A stretch of DNA of 63,070 bases, filler included, from Octopus bimaculoides (taxonomy: Eukaryota): assembly GCF_001194135.2 (NCBI RefSeq). It is 3 parts of 3 records of this genome, joined end to end, with 100 filler letters (N's around TTAATTAATTAA, not from the genome) between each part and the next. Parts side by side here need not be neighbours in the genome. Positions count along the whole stretch, not along the records: positions 1 to 18,017 come from NC_068987.1; 2 more parts are not named here. One strand, written 5' to 3'. The position numbers and the translations under genes were made by a program. Shown here in pieces: positions 1-13,200 of the stretch. Below the pieces are notes generated by a model. It worked only from the letters and a program-made list of their open reading frames with translations, had not been told where the DNA came from and searched no databases. Each line of letters begins with the position of its first letter. The first letter of the stretch is position 1.

Positions 1-45
<45 letters not shown>

Positions 46-60
46 TAATGTACCTAATAT

Positions 61-415
61 TGCAATCATTGGAGTGTGGCTAAGCTGAGGCACCATTTTG
101 AAAGACGTTCAGGTGAACAAATCAACTGCAATATTTATTTCATTCAAGTTTGGTATGTATTCCATCAGGCTCCTTTGCCAAACAGCTAAGTTGCAGGGAT
201 GAAGACAAACCAACACCAGTTGTTAAGTAGTGCGAGTGAGGATAAACACACATATGTATATGAAGGGATTCCAGTTTCCATCTACCAAATTGATTCACAA
301 GGTATTGACTAATTCAGGGCTATAGGAGAAAATACTTGCCCAAGGTGTTATGCAGTGAAACTGAACCTGGAACCATATGATTGGGAAGCAATCTTCTTAA
401 CCAAACAGCCATGCC
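61..415 (-). mobile_element. SINE family A, diverged copy
   Basis: Reverse-complement similarity to 706-1080. Confidence 0.75.
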
Positions 416-575
416 TACATCTAACATACAACAAATTACATTAGCTTTGTAAGAGCTTGCACGAATTGACCTTAAACCTCACCTTAGCAGAGGTTTGTCC
501 ATACAGTAATATTGTTACAAATATATACAGCAGTGAGAATATAATCCAAGATAAAACATTTCAGAAAATTTGAAT

Positions 576-608
<33 letters not shown>

Positions 609-705
609 ACAGTATTACAAAAGCCTTTGAATGCCTTTATTAAGTAAATTAGAAGAGGTACACCAAGGGAAGATGAAAGAGTTTAAATTGGCTAAGCATA
701 TATAA

Positions 706-1080
706 GGAGTGGCTGTGTGGTAAGTAGCTTGCTTACCAACCACATGGTTCCGGGTTCAGTCCCACTGTGTGGCACCTTGAGTAAGTGTCTTCTACTATAG
801 CCTCGGGCCGACCAAAGCCTTGTGAGTGGATTTGGTACACAGAAACCGAAAGAAGCCCATCGTATATGTATGTGTGTCTGTGTTTGTCCCCCACCCCCCC
901 AACTTCACTTGACAACCGATGTTGGTATGTTTACGTCCCTGTAATTTATACAGGTCTCTTTTGCCGAACCACTAATAAGTACTAGGCTTATAAAGTATAA
1001 GTCTTAGGGTCGATTTGCTCGACTAAAAAAGGCGGTGCTCCAGCATGGCCGCAGTCAAATGACTGAAACAAGTAAAGAGT
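706..1080 (+). mobile_element. tRNA-derived SINE, family A (CORE-like CCTTG(G/A)GCAAG domain), near full length
   Basis: A-box TGGCTGTGTGG, B-box GGTTCAGTCCC, shared tail GGCGGTGCTCCAGCATGGCCGCAGTCAAATGACTGAAACAAG; many copies in the window. Confidence 0.9.
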
Positions 1081-1270
1081 ATTCAGGATGTGTAAGGGTT
1101 TTCTCTACAAAATTGGGTATTTAACCCTTTGAGACCTAACACCCCGAACCATATTTTACCATATACTTGGCACTCCACCGGTGCTATGGTATAGAGATAA
1201 ATAAGCCATCCACCAGTAAACTGGTGTTACACAGGTCCAAAGGGTCAATAGTGGAACCAGTGAAAGATTG

Positions 1271-1390
1271 TATTTTTTTCAACCCTATTTTCCTTGTATT
1301 GGATTTATTTTAGTATATGAACCAAAATCGTTTTTTTTTCAACCCTATTTTCCTTGTATTGGATTTATTTTAATATATGAACCGAAATCG
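1271..1390. repeat. 60-bp tandem duplication
   Basis: 1271-1330 matches 1331-1390 with few substitutions. Confidence 0.9.
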
Positions 1391-1974
1391 TAGTCATGCC
1401 TGATGTCAGTGCCACCTGACTGGCACATAAAAACCTTTCAAGCATGGGTCGATGCCAGTGCCACCTGATTGGCTCCTTGTGCTGGTGGCATGTAAAAAGC
1501 ACCAGCTGAATGTGATTATTGCCAGTGCCCCCGGACTGGCACATAAAAATTATCTTCCAAACATGGTCAAAGCCAGTGCCCCCTTGACTGGCAGCACATA
1601 CCCACTTCACTCTCGGAGTGGTTGGCATTAGGAAGGGCATCCACCTGTAGAAACAGTGCCATATCAGATTGGAACCTGGTGCAGCCTCCTGGCTTGCCAG
1701 TCCTTAGTCAAACTGTCCAACCTATACCAGCATGGAAAGTGGATGTTAAATAATGATGATGGAACATGGATAATCTCCACTATTCTGTAATAAGAATTTA
1801 AGGAAATCATATATTAACTACAAATTTAAGGAAATATGTTAACTTTTTTTGTTACATTTCTGGTTTGTTTCAATTTTAAAATAATTTAGTCGTTATTATG
1901 CTGTTTGAAACAAAGTAACTTGAACTTTGATGGAGGGTTTTAACATAGCCACTCCTACACCTATGAAAGTGAAC

Positions 1975-2323
1975 TGTGTTGTAAGTAGCTTGCTTACAAA
2001 CCACATGGTTCTGGGTTCAGTCCCACTGCATGGCACCTTGGGCAAGTGTCTTCTACTATAGCCTCGGGCTGACCAGAGCCTTGTGAGTGGATTTGGTAGA
2101 CGGAAACTGAAAGAAGCTCGTCGTATATATGTGTGTTTGTCCCCCAACATCACGTGACAACTGATGGTGTGTTTATGTCCCCCGTAACTTAGGGGTTCAG
2201 CAAAATGGACCTATTGAATAAGTACTAGGCTTACAAAGAATAAGTCCTGGAGTTGATTTACTCAACTAAAAGGCAGTGCTCCAGCATGGCCACAATCAAA
2301 TGACTGAAACAAGTAAAAGAATA
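1975..2323 (+). mobile_element. SINE family A copy
   Basis: Similar to 706-1080 over head, body and tail. Confidence 0.85.
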
Positions 2324-2361
2324 GGAGGTAAGGCGAATTCTCGTGTGTATACATATATATA

Positions 2362-2397
<36 letters not shown>

Positions 2398-3177
2398 CAT
2401 ACAATCTTTTATCTTTCATTTGGGGCACCACCGTGGAGAATTTTTAGTTGAATGAATTAACCCCTGCTTTTTTTTGTTTTCTTTTTGGAAAGCCTGGTAC
2501 TTGATCTATCAATATCTTTTGCTCAACCGATATATATATATATATATATATCATATTGTGCCAGTTTGTAGAATAGTTGCTAAAAGAACTATAGAATAAG
2601 GAATGGTTAAGTAAAAAATTTTTTTTTTCTTGTTCCAGTCATTGGGCTGTGGCACCACCTTTTGGTTCTGTAACACAAAGCTTTTTTTTTTTTTCAATTT
2701 TTTTTTTAAACAAAAGATTATTTAAATTTAGAGTTTTCCATTGCAATTTTCTACTGAAATGTGTTTATTAATTGGGTGTGTTTTTGGTATTTTCAAGCAT
2801 TAACTGATATGTAATGTCCATAAACACGTGGTCAGAAAAGGGTTAATTTGAAATGCTAAGGTGGTTTGAAAACCAAGCAGTATAAGAACGTCTGTATAAT
2901 TTCAGTCACACTTAGAAGCAGCTTAACAGATTAATTATTCTTTAATCAAGAAGTATGTTTAATACGATTATGAAACTATCATTCAAACATCACAAGATGT
3001 CAGTTAATCTATATTTTACTCACTAATCTGATATAATAAATCAATGTGGCAAGTTAATTGAGAAAAATATTGATAATTGGTGGCAACAATTTTTTGTTCA
3101 AAAGAAACAGCTTTGTTAATTGTTTTCATGTGAAATTCATACTGAATGCAATTCTAAAAAGAAAAATATGTAGGAAT

Positions 3178-3485
3178 GGTGTGATAAATTTGCTTTACAA
3201 CCACATGGTTCCAAGTTCAGTTCCAGTGTGGAACCTTGGACAAGCGTCTTCTACTCTAGCTGGAAGCTAAAAGAGGACCAGTTATATATGTCTTAGTATT
3301 TGTCACCCATCATCACTGTTTGAGAGTTTGTTTACATCTGTAACTTAGCAGTTCAGCAAAAGAACTAATAGAATAAGCACCAAGCTTAGAAAAAAAAAAA
3401 AAGTACTGGGTTGATTCTTTTGATTAAAGCTCTTCTAGGCAATACCCCAGCATGGCCAGTCCACTGACCAAAACAAGATAAAAAG
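3178..3485 (+). mobile_element. SINE family A, diverged copy
   Basis: caaccacatggttccaagttcag...cagcatggcc...aaacaagataaaa. Confidence 0.75.
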
Positions 3486-4429
3486 ATGTATATTTTCCAT
3501 CTTAATCATTCATTAATCCATAGTTTTAACTATTTTCCAAACTGGCACATAACGGATATATATATACATACACACACACACAAATGTGCAAAGGCAGATA
3601 TATTATCACTTGTCTTGATCCTGTCATTCGAGGCTTAATATCCAGATATCTGACTTCCCATCAGTGCATCAAGCCAGTCAGCATTCATTTGTATCATAAG
3701 CTTATTTTAAGTTGAAATGAAAGAAACTGGGGAATTCTCTTTAACTGTTAACCTTCCTGTCCCTAATGCCTTGGCCTATCTCAGTTTTACTTGTCAAACA
3801 TTTTATAGCTAAATACATGGTAATGACAACGAACTGGAATAAATACTTTACAGCCTAACTCCCCACCACCAGCCTTCCCATAACCAAGAATGCCATCATC
3901 TTGGATTCTATGGTGAATTCTTAAACATTTCTATTCCACATTGGTAAGTACATAAAAAAAAAAATAATGAAATAAAATAAAAACCATTTTATATTTAATA
4001 TATATTTCTATAGTGAAGTATCACTGGTCGATATTAATGCTGAAATATGTAGAGATGGTTAATTTGTGACAACCAGACAAAAATCAATTCCATACACTAC
4101 AACGCACACAACAGTATCTGTAGCAGAGAACAAAAAATATCGAGAAGTAGGATTTATATATCTCAGTTCACACATTCACTTTGGTAGGGTGTTCTTAAAC
4201 CTATTTAATACCACCCTGGTCCCCGAGATGCAAAACTGCTCCTTTTAAACCTTTCATAAACAGGTGGAGATATGGCTGTGCTACCACAAAGTTTTCCCGT
4301 GCAACCATGTGGTCTCAGGTTCAATCCCACAGCATGGCACCTCAGGCCTGTCTTCTACTATACAACAGGCTCAGAAGAAACAGTTTTGGGATTGGAAATC
4401 GAAACTGTATGGAAGCTCGTTATAGATCT

Positions 4430-4642
4430 TTCTCTTATTTCAGACATTCAACTGTGGCCCCACCTTGAAGAATTTTAGTCAAACTTAAGAGACCCAAGTA
4501 CTTTTTTTTGTGTGTAAAGCCTGGTACTTATTAATCAATCAATCATTTTTGCCAAACAAGTTACAGGGACATAAACACACCAACACCGGTTGTCAAGCGG
4601 TGTGTGTGTGTGGGGGGGGGGGGGGACAGCACAAACACAAAG

Positions 4643-4675
<33 letters not shown>

Positions 4676-4815
4676 AATGTATTTATTATTCATATACATG
4701 ACAGGCTTTTTTCAGTTTCTGTCAGCCTGGGGCTATAATAGAAAGACACCTGCCCGAGGTGTCACACAATGGAACTGATCTGGGAACCATGTGGTTGGGA
4801 ACTTCTTACCACACA
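4430..4815 (-). mobile_element. SINE family A, diverged copy (a plus-strand head lies at about 4265-4400)
   Basis: Similarity to the family consensus seen in other copies. Confidence 0.7.
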
Positions 4816-5738
4816 GTCATGATAACTTTATTAATATTTAGCAGAAACAACAGTGACTCAAGGCTTATGCAAGTCTTCATTAACACTAGTGATATAGTAT
4901 ATTTTTTCCAGTAAACTAATATTCCGTGGTTCAGCAGATGTGTGAGGGACTGAGGAATGGAAAATACAGTAAACTATTTTCCATTCTAGGAGTTGGCAAA
5001 AAGGAAGATCACCCAACCATAGAAAATCTGTCATTCTAACAGTGAATCTGACATAAAAAGCAACAAAAAACCTTTCATTAAGCTAAATACTTTCTAAACA
5101 TTGATGAAAATAATTGGGTATCTTAACCACCATTTCGCATTTAAAATCACCCAAAACATCTTGTTTTATGTTCAAAGCAGCCACACCTGGCCCCACACAT
5201 ATACAACCTACAATGAGATCCAAATAAACTATCACCTTATCTTGAAGCTATGTGATAATGCATGATTAATTTAAAACAATGGGAATAAATAAGCATTAGA
5301 TTTGACAGAGTAATCTGAATGCTAGAGATTTCTGAAAATCTGCCAGTGTTGGTATTTCAGTTACTTTCTTATGAAATACAGTTAAACTCTTTAGCATCCA
5401 AACCAGCCACATCTGGCCAAAATATTGTTTTATGCTCAAACTGACCAAATCAGGCTTCTCACACCTCCCCTACAATGCCATTCTAAAAATAAACAATCAC
5501 ACTGAAATCTCAGAGCTATAAGATAAATGCATGATTAATTCAAAACAAGGTGAATAAATAAGCATTACATTTTGACAGTAATCTGAATGCTGAAGGGTCA
5601 AATTAGCTCGTTATTATATATCAAGTTTAACTTTCATTCGACAATCTCTAGAGAGTAAGTGTCATATTTTGAGGACATTATGCATCAATTGGAAAATTTT
5701 GTTCATCACAATCATAGATAAATGCAATAAAATAATTA

Positions 5739-5883
5739 TTAACCCATTAGTGCACATGGTCCTTTTAAGGACCAGAAGAATAATCCATATTTCTGCAACA
5801 CCTGTATTTTTCTGAGATATCTTTAGTTTGTCATCAAGACCAGAGTGTCTTTCAAATATAAAATTTGGGCACTAATGGGTTAC
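5739..5883. mobile_element. piggyBac-like TTAA MITE; similar TTAA-CCCT(T) elements at about 1121-1248, 5383-5600 and 11438-11650
   Basis: TTAA-CCCATTAGTGC ... GCACTAATGGG-TTAC. Confidence 0.65.
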
Positions 5884-6278
5884 TTGTGTTTGAGATAGAA
5901 AAAGGCTCTTAGATTAAGTTACTTCAAAACCAGATATTGTTTTAAAGGAGTTAGTACAAACCCAACACGTCATACTATATTCCCAGGCCAACCAAATTCT
6001 TGAATAGATTTGGTAGATGGAAACTGAAAGAAGCCCACTGAATGTATGTATCATGTAATAGTTGTAAAGTCAATCATACAAGAGTGTCATTTCCAATATC
6101 CCATAGAAATAAGGCTGGGCTACGGGGAAATGGGTGATGGTTGACATTAAAGACCTCAAGCATGTGAAAGTAGATCAGTTAGAACAATGATGACATACAT
6201 ATTAATGAATAAATCATTTCATTCACTCATGTTACACAACCAAAAGCAATGTACATGCAGAAAACAAAGTGAATATTA

Positions 6279-6284
6279 TTTAAT
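6279..6284 (-). terminator. Candidate distal poly(A) signal ATTAAA for KHDRBS (alternative AATAAA at 6818-6823)
   Basis: Hexamer followed by U/GU-rich ttttggttgtgt on the minus strand; motif only. Confidence 0.3.
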
Positions 6285-6913
6285 ATAAATTTCAGGACAT
6301 TTTACTATACCTGCAAGTTGAAGAATATTGGTAGTACCATCAACTGTATCCCAGTGTCTTCCGATTATGATATCCTAACAAGATCTGATTGAATTGGTAG
6401 ACCAACAAAAATAGTCTTGATTTCATCATGATTTGTTCATGTCAATTTTGTTTTGTTTTTTTTTCCACTGATCCTCAGGGGACATTTAAATTCTGAATTT
6501 TGTTATAAATGCAATCCACATACAGATAAAAATAAAACCACACCATAAACCAAAAAGATAAATGTGCTGTTTGTTTTGAAGTGAAGCAAGTCCATATTAA
6601 ACACACGTAAAAATGGAATTTTGTACAACTATTAACTGTAACGAATTACACATTTTGAAATTTTCAGTGAGAAAAAACAAAATCCATCATCTGCAAACCA
6701 TTAAGCAAATATGATAGAGGTAAAAAAAAAAAAGACACCTGTTATTAAAAGGATGCAAAGTGATAATTTTTTCAAAATAAAATACGCAACTATATGAATT
6801 TTTTTATAGAAAAATAGTTTATTTTTTTTAAAAATACTTTTAAAAATACAGTAAAATACAAAAATCACAGGCTTCCCATCTTGGACGTTTTAAGATCAGG
6901 TCTCAAGTGATAT

Positions 6914-6950
6914 CTGGAGAAAGAAAAGGGGGAGAAAAATACATTAGTTA
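6914..6950 (-). promoter_or_regulatory. Strong 3' splice site (branch point, polypyrimidine tract, AG) downstream of the KHDRBS stop codon
   Basis: Minus strand TAACTAATgtatttttctcccccttttctttctccAG|ATATCACTTGA; branch A about 30 nt from the AG. Confidence 0.7.
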
Positions 6951-8287
6951 TGGAAGAATAAAAATTTAAATTAATGATGTAGGGGGGAAAAAAAAGACCA
7001 GACCTGTCCATTCTGTGTATGTTACATAAAAAAAAGGAAAGGAAAATAAAAGAACTTGACCAAGTGATAGAAACTGGAGAAAGGTGAACGAAAATTTTCA
7101 GTTGTGAAAAGAGAAAAACAGGTCAAAGAAATAGAAAGAGTGAGAATCAAATAGAGAGAGAGAGAGAGAGACACAGATAGAAAGAGAGAGAGGAAGAGAG
7201 TGAAATGCAGACATGAAAGAATTTGGTAGAAATGTCAGTTTACAAATACAGAAATACAACAATTTATTTTTAAAAAAAAACAATATACATAGGAAAATCT
7301 ATAAAGAGACAAAATGAAAAAATAGACAAACATGACAGCTGCAAGATATCCATAGACAAGAGCTAAGGACTGGGCAGCAGATTTGGAGGATGTGTAAGAA
7401 AAGAACAAAAAAATAATAAAAACATAGAAGTGAAAGTTCCAAGTGGGAATCAGGAAGAGGGTGGGTGGGCAGCTAATATCCAAACTACCGAGTCACAAGC
7501 AGTAAACCACGATAGCTGTTGGTCGTTTTTACCAACACAATGGAAAATTCTAAATTAAAAATGTCAACTTGAAAAGGATTTTTCAAAAGTCAGTCAGTAT
7601 CCGGTAGCACCTATTTTTTTTCTTTAAGTTTTTAAGTGTTTTTTTTTTTCATTTAAAGAAATTTTAAAATTATTTAGCTTTTTAAAATTTTTTAAACATT
7701 TTAAACATTTTTTTTTAAAAAAGTATTTTCTTTTAAATTACAATACAAGGTAAAAATCAGAAGACCCATTCGATATGGGTCAATGAGCTAATTATATTTT
7801 ATTAGGNNNNNNNNNNNNNNNNNNNNNNNNNNNNNNNNNNNNNNNNNNNNNNNNNNNNNNNNNNNNNNNNNNNNNNNNNNNNNNNNNNNNNNNNNNNNNN
7901 NNNNNNNNNNTCTAAAACTTGAAAAAGTTTAAAATTACAAGAAAAAGAAATTAAGAGATAATGTTTCCTAATAGGAGACATTATATATATATATATGCAT
8001 GTGTGTATATATATATGTATGTATGTATTATATGTATATATATATATATATATATACACATATATATAAATATATATACACATACACACACACATATATA
8101 TATAAATTTTAAGTTTAAGATCTTTAAAAGCTATGAAAAGCTAAGATAAATCTCGTGTTCACTGTTAAGAGCAAATTAAAGGGACTGCAACTATTGATAA
8201 TAAATCAACAGTTTGCATTTTAATGTTTAATTTTTTTTTTTTTTTTTTTCCTAGTCTAAAAACTGAAAGCATCTTGGAAACATTGAA

Positions 8288-8338
<51 letters not shown>

Positions 8339-8743
8339 AAAGAAAAAAAGGATAAAATTTAAAAAATGGAACAGTAAAAAAAGCAATTTATAATTGAAAA
8401 CATCAACTGATGCCCTGATTTAGTTTAGATAATTTATCAATTTATATATATTGAACAGTTATCAATTAGGAGGGCAGATCATTTTTTTTTTTCTTTTAAG
8501 CCACAAATTTCTAAAGTTTATGGGTTTTAAACGGCAGTTATATAGACAAATGACATGCTGTTTATTTGTGTTAACATTCACACTGAAAAGACTACCACTT
8601 GGAATGGGAAGAAAAGATCACCACGTTACCTGGCATTACTATGGATTGGGATTCCTCGATCAAGCAGTAAAGATACCTTAAGTGCTGATATCACATTTCC
8701 TGTGTCTTTGTTTTTCCCTGGAGTCTCAGTAGCCGTCCAAATT

Positions 8744-8780
<37 letters not shown>

Positions 8781-10144
8781 AATTTTACTGGCAATAAATG
8801 CCAGAAACTTGAGTACTTGTACAAAAACTTATACAATCCCTGCTGATGTACTACAAGTGCGACAACATTAACATTTGTACATTTTTTTCACTGAATTTCA
8901 ATATAAACCAGGATAAGTGCTAATATCGACATATTAGCAGCTAGCCTCTATCTTTTTAGTGAGCACATACAAGCCTTAAGGATAGAAGCCTGTTACGTTT
9001 AAGACTTTTTTTCTTTGTTTTGTATTGTTTTTGTTTGGTTAGTTTTATGTGCCTGGATTAATTTATTTAGGGTTGTACAATAATATCAAAATTTGCTGCA
9101 TCTTTAAAAAATTGCCTAAAGATTATTATTATTATTATTGTTGTTGTTATTATTATATATATACATATATTTTTCCTCAACCTGATAATTTGTTTAGCAG
9201 CATTTGAAATTGATTTACAACAGTTTGGATATCTAGTGGCTCTATCCTTAAGCTATTTAGAACTAGTTTGGTAGTTTTACTAAGTTTTAAAATGCATTGT
9301 ATGTGCCCAGTCTCCATTTAGGTCCTGGAGGAGATTTTTAGCAAGTTGAAATAAACAACGGACCAGAGTAATTTTAGACTGAATTTTATGTATTTTTTTT
9401 ATTATTTTATTTTTAACTTTTTTAAATAATTCAAGTTACTGGGTTTTAACCGCCACAACATTTACTAATATTGTGGCATTACCAACTATTGATACTCATA
9501 GTTGATTCAGTTTTACTTACATTTTTCAAAGTTGAAGAATCTAATCAGACTCATTAAGCTTTTTAGGTGTCCAGCAGAAAAAACAAAAGGCTGACTTCTA
9601 AAACTAGTTTAAAACTTGATATTTTTTTATATATTTATATATATATGCATATATATAAATATATACATATATATATATATTTTTTTTATTTTAAAATTTT
9701 TGACAAAGATTAAAATCTACATTTGGCAGCACGGAAGCATGAGGTGACAAAACATCACTAAAATCATTTTGTACTACATGGATACTGACAATGAGGAGAA
9801 CGTGGTCGATGTAGTTTGGGTTTAAGAGTTAAAATACTTAAAAAGCCTTGTTAGGTCCTTGCCAGTTCTGTGTCACAGAGTGACAATAAAATGGATGAAA
9901 GGAGACCAAAATTCAATGAAAATGTCCCACTTATTAAGTGTTGGGGTGATATGGAAGAGTGAAATATGGTGCATGAAGTCATGATTTTTGTACCTCCTTG
10001 CTCACATGCTTGTCATTCTTCTGTGGGCCACAACTGAGATTGGCATCAGTTGGTCAAAGCCACTCGGCTTAAGTGGATGGAGACTGGACGAAGACAGCGA
10101 ATACGACCAGTGCAGCAGGGTTAGGTTTTGACCAGGGCTAGTTT

Positions 10145-10257
10145 TTAGTAACCTCCGCCTCTACCTCCATATGGATGACTTCTGTATTGTCCCTTTGCAC
10201 CTCTAGTAGGTGGTGGGGCCTTCATCTGTCCAACATTTGAGCCCCAGCCACCATCAC
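10145..10257 (-). CDS. KHDRBS: KHDRBS proximal last coding exon: (G)[36 protein letters not shown]
   Basis: ttttcattttcag|GT GAT ... TAC TAA; KAPP...Y-R-x-HPY matches the Sam68 PY-NLS tail. Confidence 0.93.
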
Positions 10258-13200
10258 CTGAAAATGAAAATAACTTGGCTAAAGACATCACATCAAAGTA
10301 AATTAATAAAAATACACAAAGCTTTTAATTAATTTATCAAGATTAGAGAACATTATACAAACTATTTTCATCATCATTAGGTGGGTCAAAGACTCTAAAA
10401 ACACGAAAGCTTAGCCATAGATTCCACATCTTGGATATATGATACCTAGAAGTACATCAGAAGCCTATGTAAAGTAAAAGCAGAGCACACCATCTTGTGG
10501 TCATGCTGGGGCATCACCTTGAAGGGTTTTAGCGAAGCAAATTGCTCCCAGTACTATTTTTTTTTAAAGTTTGGTGCCTGTACCATCCTTTTGCCAAACT
10601 TAAGTTTAGGGGATGTAAACAAACTCCAGTTGCTAAGTAGTGTAGGGATCAAACACAAACACATCTATAAATAGCAGGAGTCCAAGTTTCCATCAAACAA
10701 ATTCACTCAAGGCATTCATCAAAGACATTTGCCCGTGGTGCTGCACAGTGGGACTGAACCTGAAACCACATGGTTGCAAAAATGAGCTTCTTAACCACAC
10801 AACCATGCCTGCCTGTACTTACACCACATATTTTGAAACCAAATCACCCACAGAGTTAAACGCAGGAGTGAATAAAAGCTAATTCATTTTCAGAAATGAG
10901 TCAATGAACAAGTGGGTAACAGTTGTTACACCCAACCTGTTACTTAAACTATCAACACATATTCAGCCTTAATATTAAAAGCGAAACAATAAAGGTAAAA
11001 TAGTTTTTTTTTTTAACATATTGACAGTATATTTTGCACATTGAAGACCAAAAAAACTAATTGTGTTGTTTTTGTAGCTGCATATGTTTCCTTAGAATTG
11101 GTTTGATTGTTCAGATATATTTAAGTTCATTCAGCATAATGCAATGAACAGAGTCGGGGAGGAGGGGAGATGTCAAAAACCCAAATAATTCAGTCATTGT
11201 AAACAAAAATTTACAAAATTACTTGAACACTCACTCAAAGGCACCTTTTCCCCTCTCTTTTTTGTGCTGATTATCAAAGGAACAAAACAACTCACCATAT
11301 CCCTCATCATATTGTCCCCCAGCGCCGTAATCGTAATATTGTGAATCCCTACGAAGGAAAATAAACAACATTTTTATGCTTTTTTTTTGTATTTCTTTTG
11401 TACAATTATACATTTCATAAAAAAAGCGTTTCAAACATTAACCTTTTAGCATTTTTCAGGTTACTCACTTAAAATGTAATGCTTATTTATTCACATTGTT
11501 TTGAATTAATCATGCATTATCTCATTAACTACTTCAATGATGTAATTGTTTAGTTTTAGGATGATATTGCAAGAGAGTTGTGAGGGTCAAATCTAGCCAG
11601 GCTGAACATAAAACAAAACATTTTGGCTGGACATGGAAGGTTTAAATCCTAAAGAATCAAAGTGGTATTTGCAGATTTCATACATTTTTATAAATTTGTA
11701 AGCCAGTTGCAACACCAGAATTACTAAGATTTCCAGCAAAGTTTTTTTTGCTTTGTTTTTTATATCAGAAGCGGCTTGAAATGTGAGCAGCCTTGTGATT
11801 TAAGGCATAGAAACCTATTCAAATTTGACTCCACAGAATGACCCCAGCTGGTGCAGACCTGTAGATATATTCATATACACATGTGCATGTATATGTAAAC
11901 ACAAGTATATGTCTATATATATGTGATACACATACACACACATATATATATATATATAGTATTTAAAAAAACTTATACCAGGCTCTGGAGACACAGATAC
12001 ATAAATTCACCTGAGCACTATGTACCTGGAGAACTTTACTGTCCGGTCAAATATAGAAATACAAACACTATCTGCCAGAAAATACTTCTGGCTTCCAGTA
12101 TATTTCAGACAATAACGTCTGAGTACTTTACATACTGACCATAGAGAGAAAAATGAAACAGTTTATTAAGACTGGATAAAGAACAAATACTGTACTGTTT
12201 TATCTAAAGACAGACCTGTTTTAAAACCACAAATGTTAACTAAAACTCAATAGGAGAAATAATTCTAGATACGAGGAACATGAGACAACTTTAGTCATTA
12301 ACCATACGATATGGAATGGTATAGAATTTTTACAATGGTTTTATTATGTCAACAATAAACATGACTAAGATATTGAACACAGTAAATATTATGTGCTAAC
12401 AATTGCCAAATTGAAAAATTGACACACGAAAAAGAAAACTTACAAAATATTAGGATGATTATCAGATTGAAATTAATGTTCTCTTTGTTTTTAATTCCAT
12501 TCACATCTAGTACACTTTATAAGAATATAAATTAACTGCCAGCAATTAACTGAACCAAGCAGACTTTGAACTCAGAACAGAGCCATAACTACCATGCATT
12601 TTATCAGATGCCCTTACGTTTTTGCTATCACAACCAATTAATTGTACTTGTGCAGAAAAAATTTTAAATGCTGTGGCAAATTGTACCTAAGCTAATACTT
12701 AATACACATTATGTGATGAGAGACTACAAAAGATGTGTAAAAATTAAAAACATTGATAATACACTTACACTTGGCCATATGACTGATCACCATAACCACC
12801 TTCATAACCACTTTGATCTCCATAACCTTCATTATAACTTTGATCGTATCCCTGTGGAAATTGAATAATGCTAGATGTAGACACACATTTACATAGCTTC
12901 AGAGAAAGTCAATTTGAAAAAAAACCCAATTAATTACATGGTCACACAGCGACAGCTTATGAGGACAAAAATGAACATTAATTGGTTTTTTATAGGCCAA
13001 TAATTTGTTTAATTGTACTTACTTTTGCTTCATTAAATTCAAAATTGTTTATTATCAGACCAGCAACAAACTTTTGCTGGGATCAACACTTTATAATTAA
13101 TCAGATTTACTACAAAAAGCCTGGATAATCTAATTCAGTGAAAACACACAGCAAAAGTAAACAGTCAGTTTGAAAGGAAATCAATTGACCAGAGATTATA

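Noticed and set aside
3854-3943. Plus-strand candidate exon (tttacag|...|gtaagt; LTPHHQPSHNQECHHLGFYGEFLNISIPHW), phase-compatible with 6296 onward
   Set aside because: No recognisable protein; the partner overlaps the likely KHDRBS 3' UTR; the minus strand (ILGY..GGGE..KVFI) could be an old LINE endonuclease remnant. Needs RNA-seq.
7763-7781. Hairpin GACCCAT-tcgat-ATGGGTC downstream of KHDRBS
   Set aside because: A 7-bp stem expected by chance; not an IRE, histone stem-loop or SECIS.
8724-8787. Possible alternative KHDRBS last exon reading VKF-Y12-NLDGY*
   Set aside because: Weak pyrimidine tract, and the Tyr run is simply a (TAC)12 microsatellite.
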